Source of the DNA: Antedon mediterranea
Lineage: Eukaryota; Animalia; Echinodermata
Direction: 5' to 3'
Length of the DNA stretch: 64,000 nucleotides
Assembly: GCF_964355755.1 (NCBI RefSeq)
Contig: NC_092673.1
Location: forward strand, 29,509,648 to 29,573,647
Positions 14,401 to 29,400 of this stretch are shown in pieces. Both the position numbers and the translations under genes were made by a program. The notes under the pieces are model-generated. The model saw only the letters and a list, made by a program, of their open reading frames with translations. It searched no databases and had not been told where the DNA came from. Every line of letters starts with the position of its first letter. Position 1 is the first letter of the stretch.

Positions 14401-17400
14401 ATTCGCCCATTTTGTAAAAATACATTGAGAACCATATTTTCACGAATTTAAAATGAAAACTTTAACTGAAGGGTATAAAAAATGGAAAAATATGTTTTGC
14501 CAAATAGTAAAAAAAATTCTCTTTTGTTTAATCATACAAGATCAATTCTATCTATTATTATAATGTTGTTTATGTAAAATAATTAATAAACTGTTTTGTA
14601 CTAATTTTGTACAATAAATGTTGTTTACCATTTTAATAGGTTTTACAATTAATTTTGATTTGTTTATGATGAGAGCATGTCATATCTTTGATAGGTCCTC
14701 CGTGTGGAGAAAATAGTTACCAGTGTCCGTTCGACTCTTGTATCCCAGACAGCTGGCTTTGTGATGATATTGCAGATTGTTTCGATTTCTCCGATGAATC
14801 ATTCGAGCTTTGCGCAGGTAACATTTTCTTTTTGTTAAGTTAGACTAGGCTTATTGAAACTGATCATCAAGAAAATGTTTAGTTTCTATCCTATTTATAT
14901 TTCTTATACCCAAAAATGTAATTCTGTCTTTTTTGCTACCATAAACTACAGAATAGGAATTTTTTTTGTAGAAAACTTTTTTTTAATAAACATGATAACA
15001 TTAGAAAAATGTTACGCAAGTTAAGTATACATTATATGCGTAATTGTTTACACAAAGCAGTATATATTACACCCTCATTATAATATAATACGAATGTGTA
15101 ACGCACCAATTCCAGCAGTAAGTGAGGAGCGGTGTATGAGAGAGCTCAATCTGAAAGAAAAAGATGAGTTTTCAAGGCAGATTTAAAGGTGATAGTTATA
15201 GCAAAAATCAACAATTATCTCAGAAGAGATATTAAACTAAAAATATTTTGATGCATTTTGAAATAGAATAGAAATCTGTTTGATCTTCTGTGCCATTCAG
15301 TACACATGATAACGCATTGTTGAAAGAATAAGTATTAATATATATGCATCACTTTTGGTTTACTCAAAGTTTATATACTTTGATACAATTCTATACAATT
15401 CTACTTTCCTTTAAATTCAATTTAAAAACACACCTTTTTTTAGAATTTGTATTGACCTAATTACTTTATTCTCAATTTGGAATTGGCGCTATATAAATTT
15501 CTGTTATGAATATTATTATATACCTACAGCAATGCATGTCCTAGTTGATTAACATGTAAACATTATTTTACAGGCCAATGTATTTCACCATTCCCTCCGG
15601 ACAATGGCATTATTTTGGGAATAGCATACGAGTTCTACTTGAATGGCGATACTATAGGATATGACTGTTTTAGTGGGTACTCATTGATAGGACCATCCAA
15701 TAGTACTTGCTTAAATGGAAATTTCACGGAAGTTCCAACTTGTCGAGGTGAGTAAATTCTTGTGATCCGGTTCAATGGCTGGGAAAAAAATCATGGAAAA
15801 TGGGATTAGTATCAAAATAAAACCATTCACACTATGTCATTCCAGACTAAGTGTATGTGTGTAATCAATGAAATGTAACACAGCTTTACTCTCATTGCCT
15901 CGTTCTTTAGATGGAACATAAAGCTGTTGGTCCTGTATATATACTTTGACTCATTACACTATTGAATGAATGAGTAGGTAATCATCTACCAATCATATAA
16001 TAGTCTTACACACTGGACCCTTTGAGAGAACAGTCTGTACTAAAGAGGAATAAATAGTAATAATAAATAAACTTGTTTTACAGAGGATTGCTCGCTTCCA
16101 CCAGCTCCAGATCAAGGAACTGTATCAGGTTCTATAGTTCATGGCCAGAACATAACCTTTGAATGTGAAGAGGGGTATGTTACTACAATGGGTCCAAGCA
16201 CAATCACGTCTCAGTGTATGGATGGCGGTTATGATGTTACAACAGTAGTCTGTAAAGGTAGCTAAGTTACAATAAATTAAACAATTTTCCAAATAAAGTT
16301 TCGTTTTTAGTGTTTGTGTGTGAAGATCTTTGGTGTGCGGTCACCTCTTCCTATGTTGTGTAATTTATTGAGTATGGTCTAATGATTAACATTTTAAAAA
16401 GCGAAAACATCACATAAAAATGGTAACAATTAAAAAAGAAAATAAACATAATTTGTTTGTTTCAGATTTCAATGAATGCACATCTGGGGAAAACAATTGT
16501 CACAACATGGCGATTTGTACCAACATATTGGGTAGTTTCTCATGTGAATGTATGGGAGGCTATACTGGTGATGGAACCAGCGACTGCACAGGTAGGTACT
16601 ACTGTACACTATACCTTTAAGCTCTGTCTACACTATCAAACTTTATGTGACAAAAAAATGTGATGTGCCCATATATGGACACGATGTCGTATCAAAAACA
16701 TATTTACTTTGGTAATGTAGACAGACCTTTACACAACCTACGATTTTTCAGATTTATCTTAATATATAAAGGTTAAGTTTTATAATAATTTGTAGGTGCC
16801 TTTAACATTTTGGAATTGGCACTAACTTTTGGAACTAGTCACAATTAAAATAGATTAAGAAATCTCTAAATCTTGTAGTACATGAAAAACATTTTGTGTA
16901 GATGATAATGCTGTTTAACAATGACATCAATGACAAATGACAGATATGTATATAAAAGTTTTGACATTTTTTTTATGTAAAATGTTACTGTATAGATATT
17001 GATGAATGTAAGAACAACGACACCTGTCCACTTCTTACTAGTACATGTACCAACACAAATGGAAGCTTTTATTGTGTTTGCAATGAAGGGTATGAGGAGT
17101 CTTATGGCCAGTGTGTCGGTATGTGAAACATCTAATATTTCTGAATTGTTTTTGTGTGTCTAGGTATGTCAAAGGTCATTCAATTTGTTAAATTATGTTC
17201 AAAATTATACACACAATTGTATTTTATTGACGATGAAGGAAATTCAGTTAATATCCCTTTTAATGCCCACCATATCCTCAATGAAGTGCCTACCATTATC
17301 ATTATATTCCCAACGGCAATATTCTTTTCGAAGGTAGGTAGAAATTGTCTAAAGGTTTGCATGGCGAAATCAAATGTTGATATAAAGTTTATGGTACACT

Positions 17401-20400
17401 ACATATATTAGTTCGGAAAAGAACTGTTGAGTTTCTCTACGTTTTGATCAATATGTTTTGATCGTCCTCAGTAGTGTTGTATCGCAAATTTTAAATCAAT
17501 ATAGAATTTATGTCTTCCTCTATCTTAAGTGTTGAGTGTACATGTTGTCTAACTGAAAACACTTTTCAACGTCTGTGTAGCCATCCAATCACTCATAAGC
17601 AGACGCATTTTGATGCAGATGCATTCACACACATCATTCCAATTACATTAATATAACATCTTAAGAAAACATTCCTAGAAAATTGTAAACCTTCTGTGAA
17701 TTAACAATTTTGTTTTGTGTTTCAGAAATTGTATTGTGTGATTATGGAGTGGAAGCTGGTGATTTATTGCTGAGTATGCACGGAGGTGATTCTGGAAATT
17801 CTGTAGAAGACCTTATTTCTGAACGATTCTTTCCTCCTATTGGTTTTCCATTTGGAAGTCAATACTTTGGTGTCATTTATGTAAGACTTTTGTTTAGTTG
17901 AATAAAACATCTCAGTTTTATGATTATGATTCATGCAAAGCACTGATTCTGAACGGTTCTTTGGATTGTATGCATCTAATTCATATTTATTCTATTTTAG
18001 TTTACTGAAAATGGTTTGATACTATTTGCACAAAAAGGTCAAACTCTATATTCAAATCCTCATCCACCCCAGAATGGACTAAGTGCGATGACTGATAGTC
18101 CTCTTGTTGCACCATTCTGGGCAGATGCTGACAATACACTTAATAGTGGAGAAGTGTACTACCAGGTAAGTTAATTTACCTACCGAGCTAGCTCTACCTA
18201 ACTAGCACTGACTAGCTACCTAGGTAGCTACCTAACTAGCTACCTAGCTAATGCTACTTTAGTTAACTAGCTACCTAACTAGCTACCTACCTACTGTAGC
18301 TAGCTACCTAACTAGCTACCTACCTACTTAAATCAATCAAATACGTTTCAACCCCTTTTTATCCTCACCTGATCTAGAATTTATCAACAAAAGCTCCGAT
18401 GGAAAAACACAACACCCAACAAAATTATAACCGCCAACAAAATGCAAACTAATAGTTTTCACAAAATGTTACATGTGGAACCTCTGTTTGCAGTCCTCTC
18501 AATCAACAAGCTTTGATTAGAAAACAAAACGCATAAACAAAATTAACTTTGTGAATTAAAAGAGAATAATACTGAACTTGGAATTAAATAGTGAAAAAAT
18601 CTCACCACACTCGGCTGGAAAGTAGATTTAACTTACTCATATTTAAAGTGTGTTAGTCCTTTGATTGTGTCACATACATTATTTCATTGCTTTTACATTT
18701 ACTTTAAGGTATATGACATGAACAACAATCCTGGTCTTCTCAACAAAGTATCAGCAATAGTGCAAACATCAAATGTTTCAGATGATTGCAGTTTTGTGAA
18801 AGAAAGTTTTAGTGGCACCTGGATGTTAATTGTGACCTGGACGGGAATACCGCAGCAACCAGCTGAAAGTAATCCAGATACGGTATGTCAATTATTACAT
18901 TAGAATTTAAATTATTTGTTTAATGATAATAATTCTCTATATTATACATAGCTAGCTATGAAAAGTATTGTAATGTTTAGTTCGTTTTTGTTGTAGTACA
19001 TAGTACATTTTATGTGTATCCTCACCGTTTGATTGGTTGTACATATCACATGGTGCAGTGTATTATTTCGAACCATTCTCACGATTATGTACTGTAGTAC
19101 ATTACTTTTTTTTAAACAAAAAAATGTTTGGGAAATGCAAGGCTGGCGACTGATAGAAAAGTGTGCATCATTTGAATCAGCTCTACTCTAAATTTTGATG
19201 CCTAGCTTGCCTAAATATTGTTATAAAACAAATAATGAATGATAATTTATGAGTGAAATGGATAGAATATGTTTATTATTTAAAAGATAACCTGGTCTGT
19301 TGAACCTTACATACTATATGTTGTTTTTTTTTACAGGTCAACACATATCAGGCTATTTTGATAACGGATGGTACATATTCATTTTCCTTGTTCAACTACA
19401 GGATCAATGCAATGAGGTGGAACGCTGATGTATTGATTTACAAAGATGTCATTATAGGCTTTAATACTTTATATGATGGTACACAGGAATATGTCAATGC
19501 TCAGTACAGTTTCCCAAATGAAACAAGTCGTTACAGACCCGATCAATTCATAGGTAATACAGGTAACCAGGCTCGTTGGATCTACCGGCTTGAAAAGAAC
19601 TGTCCATGGACACCCAATCCACGCCAGGTGTGTTTAGACTGGTATAATATGCAGATCAATCCAATCTTTTGGAACAGTAATCGATTGGTTTGCCCATGGA
19701 CTTTTGGCCAAGCAAGATCAGATTCACGGTACTCCGACGCAACAAGCATTCAGAAATTGGCCCGTTTTATGATTCGATTTGCTGCTACAGAATACGAAGT
19801 AGAAATTCTAAATCAAATTGACATTCAACAAGGTAAAGGTCAATTTTATACCTTAGATATAAACTCAAATGGAAACTTTTTAATGTAATTTTTAATCCCT
19901 TTTGACATATAATAAACAGTAGGCCTAATTCCAATTCATAAATTGCCAATTTTTACAATTTGTTTGAGATGGTTTAATCTAATAATAAGTATATAATAAT
20001 TGTAAGTTATGATTAAAAATTAATATTTTTACATTTTGATATTTTCAGCAATCATTATTTCTCCTACAATCCAGGAATTAATGTTTAAGTCTAATATGCT
20101 ATCGTTAAATTTAATCGAACCATATTAACTTATATTAACTGTGATGTATGTACAAAAAATATCAAATTATTTTTGCAGAGGATGCAAGGTGTTTTCAATT
20201 GGCAACCCCATCACGAAGGTATTCTGGTGCGCGATGCTGTTACCGTACCAATGGTACATTTATTGCTGGATATGAAAAGTTTTGGAGAAGTAGCTTCTTG
20301 GAACGTTTCCATATTAACCGAGGTTTTTGGAATTGGCTCTGTAAGTAATTTTCGGTTTTGAAATAAGTTTACTTGCTTGTTGTATAAATACTAAATTTGA

Positions 20401-23400
20401 TTTTCACTAAAATGATGATTCCAGGTGGCTTGTACAGGTGCATTCATATGATGGTGCATATGTTAATTTATTCAATTAATTACTGTTAAGCGAAGCATAT
20501 AAATAAAACGTTATTAAATTAGGATCAAACATGGATTACAACATTAGCTCTCATAACCTCAATTATCTCAGTTACATCTTTACCTTGAAAAATGGAATCC
20601 AATCATTTTTTGGTATTTTTTTTCTTTTATGTGATCCATTAATGTTCGTTAAAAATGTAAAATATTGAAATGATATATTGCTAATCTTTAACTATTTGCT
20701 ATTGTAAAAAGACAGCGTATCCACCAAAAAACGTGATCTCACCTAAAATTTTTATTTTATGGAAATCATTGGATTTTTTGTTTAGAGTTCAATTTATAAG
20801 GAGTTCACCATATTTGATATTACTTAACTTTTAATAGATCAAGAAGTTGTACCACAATATTCCTGTTGCACACAATCTCAGGATGAAGATTTCTGCAAAC
20901 TGTATGAAGAACAACGCCCTGAAGCTTCATTCATTCGTTACAGACCCCCAAGAACTTGTAAGTCATAGTTTTTAAGCAAATCAAAACAACTTTAATCAAT
21001 TCAATTCAATTTATTCCGGGTTTTACAATACAAACAATAATATCATCATTGTATGCTAGAACTGGGGGACCCCAACAGCAAACTCTGGCTCTTATAATGT
21101 ATTAAAATGTATAACAAATTATATTTTTTCTAAATCTTATTTATATCTTGATCCGTACTTGTCTTTTCCATACATTTTTTTTTTATGACCTATTCATTAT
21201 CATATCTATTTTTTTAAGGCTAGCCCAACACAAGATTCATCCTTCAAGGCATCTACCTTTAAACTCTGACCTATTGCTTTTTACTCTCATTCACTAATTA
21301 TTTGTTTAATAATTTTTATTTTTTTTAGCCTTTACACGTGGGGATCCTCACATGACGACTCTAGATAATTACGATTACACATTCAACGGTCATGGCGAAT
21401 TTGTTCTTGAGGAAGTAGATTTAGGAGATGGTAGAGTGTTTATTGTCCAGTCCAGAATGGAAACACCGCAGTTTGATTCAAACAGTGACATAAAAGCTAC
21501 CATTTTCACCTCTTTTGTTGGAGCTATCGATGATGGAACTAGGGTAAAATACTTTGTCTTTTGTAAACTAAAACTATTTAAATATGGATATTTTGACTGT
21601 GGATAAAGCATGAATGACTCTCCTAATGCCCCATCCTGACCGTCGTATACAGACACCTACTTTCTATTGAGAGTAATACACTGTAATAGGTCACATCAAA
21701 TCCAGATATGTTTTTTGGCAAATGGATGAATGATCTTCTTTCCCGGGGAGGGTGGGGGTGCAACAACCACTTCCTGGCAAAAAGGGAACCATATGTGACA
21801 GGGTTTTCGATAACATAGGTGGCTAATTTTTATTGATTCAAAAGTAATATTCCTTTAGCTTAGCATCTAGTATAGCTAATATTGTGCGATAAATCGTGAC
21901 ATTTTGACACATTTGACCTATTTTAGGTTGAAATCAGATTGACTAGCAATAGTCCAGAGATTGGACTTTTTTTTAAACTTTTATTTTACTTACTCTGGAT
22001 GCACCTTCATTCAAGATTCTTATTATTATTGCTAGTACACTGTAATAGCCCATAGTCATGTCCAAAAAAACGTTTTTTAATGAATGAATGATGTTCTGTA
22101 GAACTAAAGGTTTTTTCACCTAATTTAGGTTGAAATCAGGTTGACTAGCGATAGTCTGGATATTGAAATATTAGTTAACGGAACACTAATTGACAAGGCT
22201 GCATTAGACAATGGTAAGAATCTTCTTGTTTTACCCAATGATCAAAATTACTAGTAAAATTAATCTTTCATTACTCGACAATGATTATTAAAGAATTTGA
22301 TATTTTACTATCCACTGTTTATACAGCTTATTTGATCTTGTCCAAGCTTTTATTTGAATAATTTGAATTTATCTGTATTTCATTGTGAAATAAAATCGAA
22401 TGAATGGAAGAGCATTGAAAATCATGATATGTTTTTGTATGTCTTTTAGTTACTTACACAAGTGAGTTGGACTTTGATTTCACTGTGTCTAAAATATCTG
22501 GTGAATACATAAATGCAAATGGAACTGATCGTTACATTGCTACATGGAATTCGGATGTTGGATTTTCTGTGGCCGTTTCTGAAAAGATGTTAAATATAAT
22601 GTTCCAACTTGATGATGTCTACTTGGGAGATGCCAAAGGTCTTTTCGGTAATTATCATCATTATTATTATCATTAATTCTTATTGACCTTATAAATCATC
22701 ATCATTATCTATATAGTTTTTTTATTAGTGCCATAACTTTAACTTCTAAATCTAAGTAGTGTCCCAGTAGATTAACTTATATTGCTTCTAGTGCGGGCCC
22801 CAGTTATTATTGTCAAATAACTGAATGTGTGTGTGTATGAATGAATGAATTAATAATAAATTATTTCAACACGGTAAAGTTGAATCACACAAAAGTGTTT
22901 TTCATCAAGGCGCAAGTCTGTAAATGAATTTTAACATGATGATAACAATATAAGTATACCTTGGTTGTGTTATCAGCAATGATACTATGGACGAACTGGA
23001 TATTAAAAGCCAATATCGATCATTATGTATTAGAGGTAACTCTCTGTGTAGAAAATTTAGTAAATGCTCAACAGATGTTAAGATTACTTTGTTTAAGTCA
23101 TACTGTATTAGTATGTATTGTGCGGCCTTATGGTGCGATTTTAATGTAAAAACTATGAAGTCATTACAGGTCTGTTATAATAACGCACTTAGAAAGATTT
23201 TAAGACGCTCAAGGAGCTGTAGTGCTAGTGCTATGTTTGTTGATAACCATGTTCCCTCCTTCTATGAGTACATTCGGAAATCAATTTTTTGTTTCAAAAC
23301 AAAAATTGAAAAAAGCTGTAATACTTTAATTACATGTGTTTTTTCTCGTATTCTAAAAGATTCAAAGTTGCATAGAAAATGGATAGAACTTTTGTACATA

Positions 23401-26400
23401 TAATCTCATGTATACTTTTACGTGTGTTAACTAGTATCAGTATAGCCATAATAATGTGTTGTTTTGTAAACTACAGTAATCAATAATATAATAATGTCTA
23501 CAGTCTACATCCAATAAATCCCAAAACATAATCCACATGTATTTTAAGAGGCACTATATGTCAACAAATAATTATTAGTCCTCTCTCCATGACGGTTGTC
23601 ACATAATGCCTTGTATTATTTTTTATTGTATTTATATGTTTCATAAAGTTGAATTGAATTGAATTGAATTAATAAAAAACTAAAGTCAATATGATAAAGG
23701 AAATATTATAAAATCGATCATTGATTATTAATATGATTTAGAATTTTCGTAAATATATACAAATTTATCTGTAAATTTGTTTTGACAGGTCGATGGGATG
23801 ATGATGCATCAAATGATTTAGAGATGAGGAACGGGACAGTTCTTACACCATCACCAGGACAAAACTTAACTGATATGCAGATCTTTGAATTTGGACTTAC
23901 ATGTAATTCATTTCTTTATAAATGTTTTGCCTTAATCTGACATGTACTTGGTAATAAGTACATTTGCAAGTGACTCTCCAGTGGAAATAAAACCTACAAC
24001 CTTCAGATCACTAGCCTGGTGTTCATATCTCTAGACCAACACTGATAACAGCCTTATATGATGATATCATTCAAATTGATAGTGTTCATAAAATTCATGT
24101 TCATGTATTGCTTTTGCAACAAACACATTTTTGTTTCGTGTACAATTTTAAAAATAAATGAATCAATGAATATATTGTTGTTTATCCAGAATTGAAAGGT
24201 AGAGAGGGTAAAATGCATTTGGTTATTGCCCTTTGATGGCTGTCTCAAAGTGCAGTTTTTGTTTTGTTTTTACTCATTTGTTTTCCAATTGTTCATAGGG
24301 AGAATAACTGAAGAGGAATCGCTCTTCACTTATGATGATGGAAGGTCATACAGCAATATCAATGACCTGACCTTTGAACCAACCTTCCTTAGCGATCTTA
24401 TAGCAGAAAATGAGAATACTGACTTATACAGCAATGCTCAGGCAACTTGTGGATCCAATATGCAGTGCTTATTTGATGCTCTTGCTACTAAAAATGTTAA
24501 TATCGGTGCAAATACTCTCAACACGGATCAAGTCATTATTGAAGATATCAATTTGTTAGGTAAGATGCAAGCATTAATTCTAAAACAATTGGCACATTAA
24601 GCTGAGGCATGGTTGTCTATTAATTACGTTATTTTGTAGTTTTTTAAGTTTATTTACGATGTAAACAAAACTTTATTGTCACAGTGGAATCAGCTATGAG
24701 ACAAGATCTTTATTAAATGCAATCAAGTTTGTAAAATCACTATTGTTTATCACTTTACTTAAAATTCCTAAAATATTTTTTTCTAGAAAATTTTCCACCA
24801 AATATCACTAATGTGATTGATCCTGATAACATATTGAATGGCACAGACGTCTTGAAGGTAATGGTAGGATCCACATATTCCTTCCAAGTTGAGGCAAATG
24901 ACCAGAATGGTGATCCAATTACTTTTGGTTTGCTAAATGCTGTTGGAGGAGCTTCGGTAGATCCCTCTAGTAAGTAATGTATTTATTTATTTATTAGTGC
25001 ATAATAAATATTTAAGAGTTGAATGAGAAGAATATTTTCAGAGAGATCAATTTTCTTTTAAATTGAGACAAAGTAGAACCATTTAATAGAACTTTGACTG
25101 TGTGGTAGAAACTGAGCAACACATGATATAAATTAACCAATCAGAGAGTAAAGACACTCATAATCGTAAACATTGTATTAGCCTATCATGCATAGTCTCT
25201 CTGCTATTTTCAATTAGGAATTTTTAAATAAATTTAGGTAAGGATGTAGAAAGAAAAAGAAAGAAAAGTTCAAGATAGGAGTCTGTGTATAAATTTGTTA
25301 TGGAATATAATATAATATTTATACTATTTGAATTTTGTTGTTGCGAATATTGTTTCATGCATAATAGTATTGTGTTATTCATTGTTCTATATTTAGCTGG
25401 TGAAGTTACCTGGACACCAGGAAATACCAATTCAGTCAATTTTGGCGTTGTAGCCTCTGACGGAATGGCCAGTAGTGCCTTAGTGTTTGAAGTGCGGATT
25501 TGTGAATGTCTAAATGGTGGAGTCTGTGATTTCAACACATTGGCTCAAGGGTCACTTGTATTGGATAACAAGTTTGCAGTTAGTATTATGTTCTATTTTT
25601 ATTTTATTTCTAAAGAAGTATATTTTGTCTTAAGCTCTGTCTACACTCTTAAACAACAAAATGTGATATGCCCACATATGGACACAATGACATCATATCA
25701 CATTTGGGCACATTTGTTGTCGAACTTCTGTAGTTTAATAGTGTAGACAGAGCTTACATTAACTATGGTGGTTGTCAAGTAATCGGCACTTTCTGTGATT
25801 GCTGAATGTTACAATACAATATATGTTATTCTTTGCAATTGCTTTTTACAATAAATGTCTTTCTTTCCTCTAAGGTTGTGGTTTGTGACTGCCCTGCAGC
25901 ATATTCAGGCAATAATTGTGGGGAGGACTTTGATGCTTGTCTTGATAGTCCATGCTTTCCAACAGTCTTATGCACAGATAATCCGGCACCCAATCCGAAT
26001 GCTACTTGCGATAGCTGTCCAGAAGGGACTGTTGGCAATGGATTTAAGTGCTACGGTTAGTATTTGCTTTGTATATTACTCTGTTCTGTACTTCTTGAAA
26101 GAGAGAGACTCTATTTTACAACAAACTCAAGAAAGTCATTCATACTGAGTTTGGGGGAAACACATGCTAAACAACATGTCTACACTATCAATCTAGTGTG
26201 ACAAAAAGTGTGATGTGCCCATATATGGACATATTATATATTATCATTACTACCATATTTAGGCACATCACACTTTTTGTCACACTAGTTTGATAGTGTA
26301 GACATAGCTTTATAGTGTGAGTCAATTTCAATCTCAATCAATACAAACAACTATAAATTTTGTGTATAGAGCTAACTTATTTTACACATAATGTTCTTTA

Positions 26401-29400
26401 CTGTCGATATAATAAAATAGAACTTATACTAATACATTTCACCATTTGCTTTCTCAAGACTGTTGAAATTTTCATACTTTTTTAATCTTGTAGATTATGA
26501 CGAGTGTTTATCTGAGACTGATAGCTGTGATCAGGTCTGCACCAATTCCTTAGGATCTTATGAATGTAGTTGCAACTCAGGCTATCAGCTTCAAAATGAT
26601 TTAAGGTCATGTCAAGGCAAGTATTTTTGGATTAGTTTATTAATTATTTTTTGTCTTAACCATTATTTTATGTCTTAACCATTATTTTAAGTCTTTTAAG
26701 CACCATAAAATGACTTCTAAATTATATTGTACGTCGCTTTTAACTTAAGATGGATGATACATGTATAAGTAAGTTCAGCAATTATTAATGTTTGGATTTT
26801 GTTTTAGTTTCAATATTTGTTCTAATATCTGTTTCCTCTTTTTTCTTAGACATAAATGAATGTTTACTTGACACTAATGACTGCAGTGCTAATGCTGACT
26901 GTACTGATTTTGATGGAGGGTATAATTGTACATGTAGAATGGGTTACCAGGATATCAATGGAGATGGATCTGTATGCAATGGTAGGTGGAATTATTTATT
27001 ACTTATGCTAGACCTCTAAAAACCAGAATTATAAAAGATTGTAATCAGATCAGATTTTATAAGTCATAGTCACATGGTCTAATTATCTCTGAATTTTTCA
27101 CACTGCTGTGCTTCTTTGAGAAACATGCTGCCACACTGGACAACAGTATTTAAAGGTAGTCTAGAGAAAAGATAGACATATTTTGTTTCTTACAGTTTAA
27201 GAGTGGTGACTTGATTTTTATTGTAGAAATGAAAGTTGAAATCAATTAAATTTTATTTTAAAGACATCAATGAATGTATTCAAGATGAGTACCCATGTGC
27301 TGCCATAGCAACGTGTACAAACACCGTAGGCTCATTCGTTTGTACATGTTCACCTGGTTACATTGGCACTGGAAAGCTATGTGCTGACATTGATGAATGC
27401 ACACAGAACATGGATGACTGCAACGATAATGCTGTCTGCTCAAACACTGTTGGATCGTATAAATGTATTTGTGCAAGCGGGTATTCTGGGAATGGAACGT
27501 ATTGCGAAGATATTAACGAGTGTGACGATATGTTGGCTAGCTGTAGCAACGTAGCTACATGTATCAACATCATCGGTAGCTATAGTTGCGAATGCAACTC
27601 TGGTTACATTGGGGACGGTCGAAGTTGTGAAAGTAAGTAAACAGATATGTCCAGTGTAGGTGCCTCTCACTAGGGTAAAATTTCCATTATGCATTGTTTC
27701 TTTTATAGAGACTGCATTATGCCATCTAATCTTCAGTTTTAAGTCAATTAAAAACAATTATATTACACACGTGATTGTATTCTTGCAATTTGATTTGTTA
27801 ATTACATAACAAGTGTCAATTGGAATTAGCCCTACCTTAACAAACCTAAGCTAAGTCTTTGTTTATCTAGAGCATCTTGTGTATATGTTTGTCTTGTGGA
27901 TTTCCACCTTTAAGAAGGATAGTGAATGAATTACTTGTGATTATCCTTGGTAATTTGCCTAAAATAATAATTTAAACAAAATGATTGATTGGAGAGAATA
28001 TTTCATTTGATGAAAATTGACTGGTATATTTTCAACTCATCAAATATTCTCACCATCCAACACATAAACATTCATTATTTGTATTTTCTCAGCACAGACT
28101 ACGAGGATTGTATTGTTAGATAGTTGAGAACTATGACATAAGCCTTTATTCATCCCCATCTATTAAATTCAATTGATTCTGGATTTTACAATACAAACAA
28201 TAAAACATACATCACACATGCTAAATCCGGAGAACTCTTCTTTCGATGACGTCAGCAGAACACCTATCTATTATTAATGAAGATAGCAAAAGTTTGGCGA
28301 TAGTTCTTAAATGACAGCTCTTGTCTGTCATCAGTGCTTCATTTGTATGTTTCACTGAAAGGAATAAATATTCATAATTGATACAATTGATGATTTTTTT
28401 TTCAGATGAGGATGAATGTATGACAGGTGTTTACAACTGTTCTGATTCAAACACTATATGCATTGATACACCTGGATCATATCTATGCAGATGTTCCAGT
28501 GGATTACAAGACAACGTAAATGGAACTTGTGTTGGTATGTGTATTTTATTATTCACATTGTGTACGTCATGGGCAGGTTGGAGTAGAGATTATTTTATTA
28601 AGTGCTTGCCTTGCAATCCCAGGGTAATGAGTTCAAACAGGGTTGTGACTCATGTCTCTTTCTACTGCACTCCATAAGCCTCAAATGAGTTTATAAGCGT
28701 AATCAATTATAGTTTAAAAATAAATAAATGTAAAATACATTTAAACAAAATTAATCTAGCACATGCTTATTGGTTTCAGTGGTCATCAGAACAATTAATT
28801 ACTTTAAATGTATGTTATACTTTATCTTAGATATTAATGAGTGTATTAACAGTCCATGCGATGCTCTGGCAACCTGTACAAATACATTTGGCTCTTATTC
28901 TTGTGAATGTCCATCTGGCTACACTGGAGGACTTGTTTGCACAGGTTAGTATCATGAAAACACACCTATATATAAATAGAATAATCCATCACATTAGGCA
29001 GTATATCTCACTGTGAAATTAAAATACTTTATTTGAAACTGAGCAGCATGAAAAAATATCAAAATGTTATTTAATCATAAAATAACAACATAAAAAACAC
29101 ATTTAAATCATTCCTCCTTTTAAATGTACTTTTGAATAAAATTTAAGTTTCTTTAAATTAAATGTTCTGTTTTTGGAGAAGATCTAGTCCCTCACATTCA
29201 TCACTGTTTCTACCTGAACAGCGTGAGTAGATCTTCTGCATATCCATGCAGTTTGAGGACTTTAAGTGACCAGTTAAATACTCCTGTAGAATCATAATCA
29301 TTCTAATTCTAATTCTTTCATTTTTGTTATTCATTTTAGACATTGATGAATGTAGCCTAAACTCTGATAATTGTGAACAAGTCTGCACCAACAACAATGG

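Noticed and set aside
22987-23403. Exon of the mucin-like gene or a nested host gene
   Set aside because: Matches a LINE ORF2 C-terminus with a simple-repeat tail; the flanking VWD exons join in phase without it.
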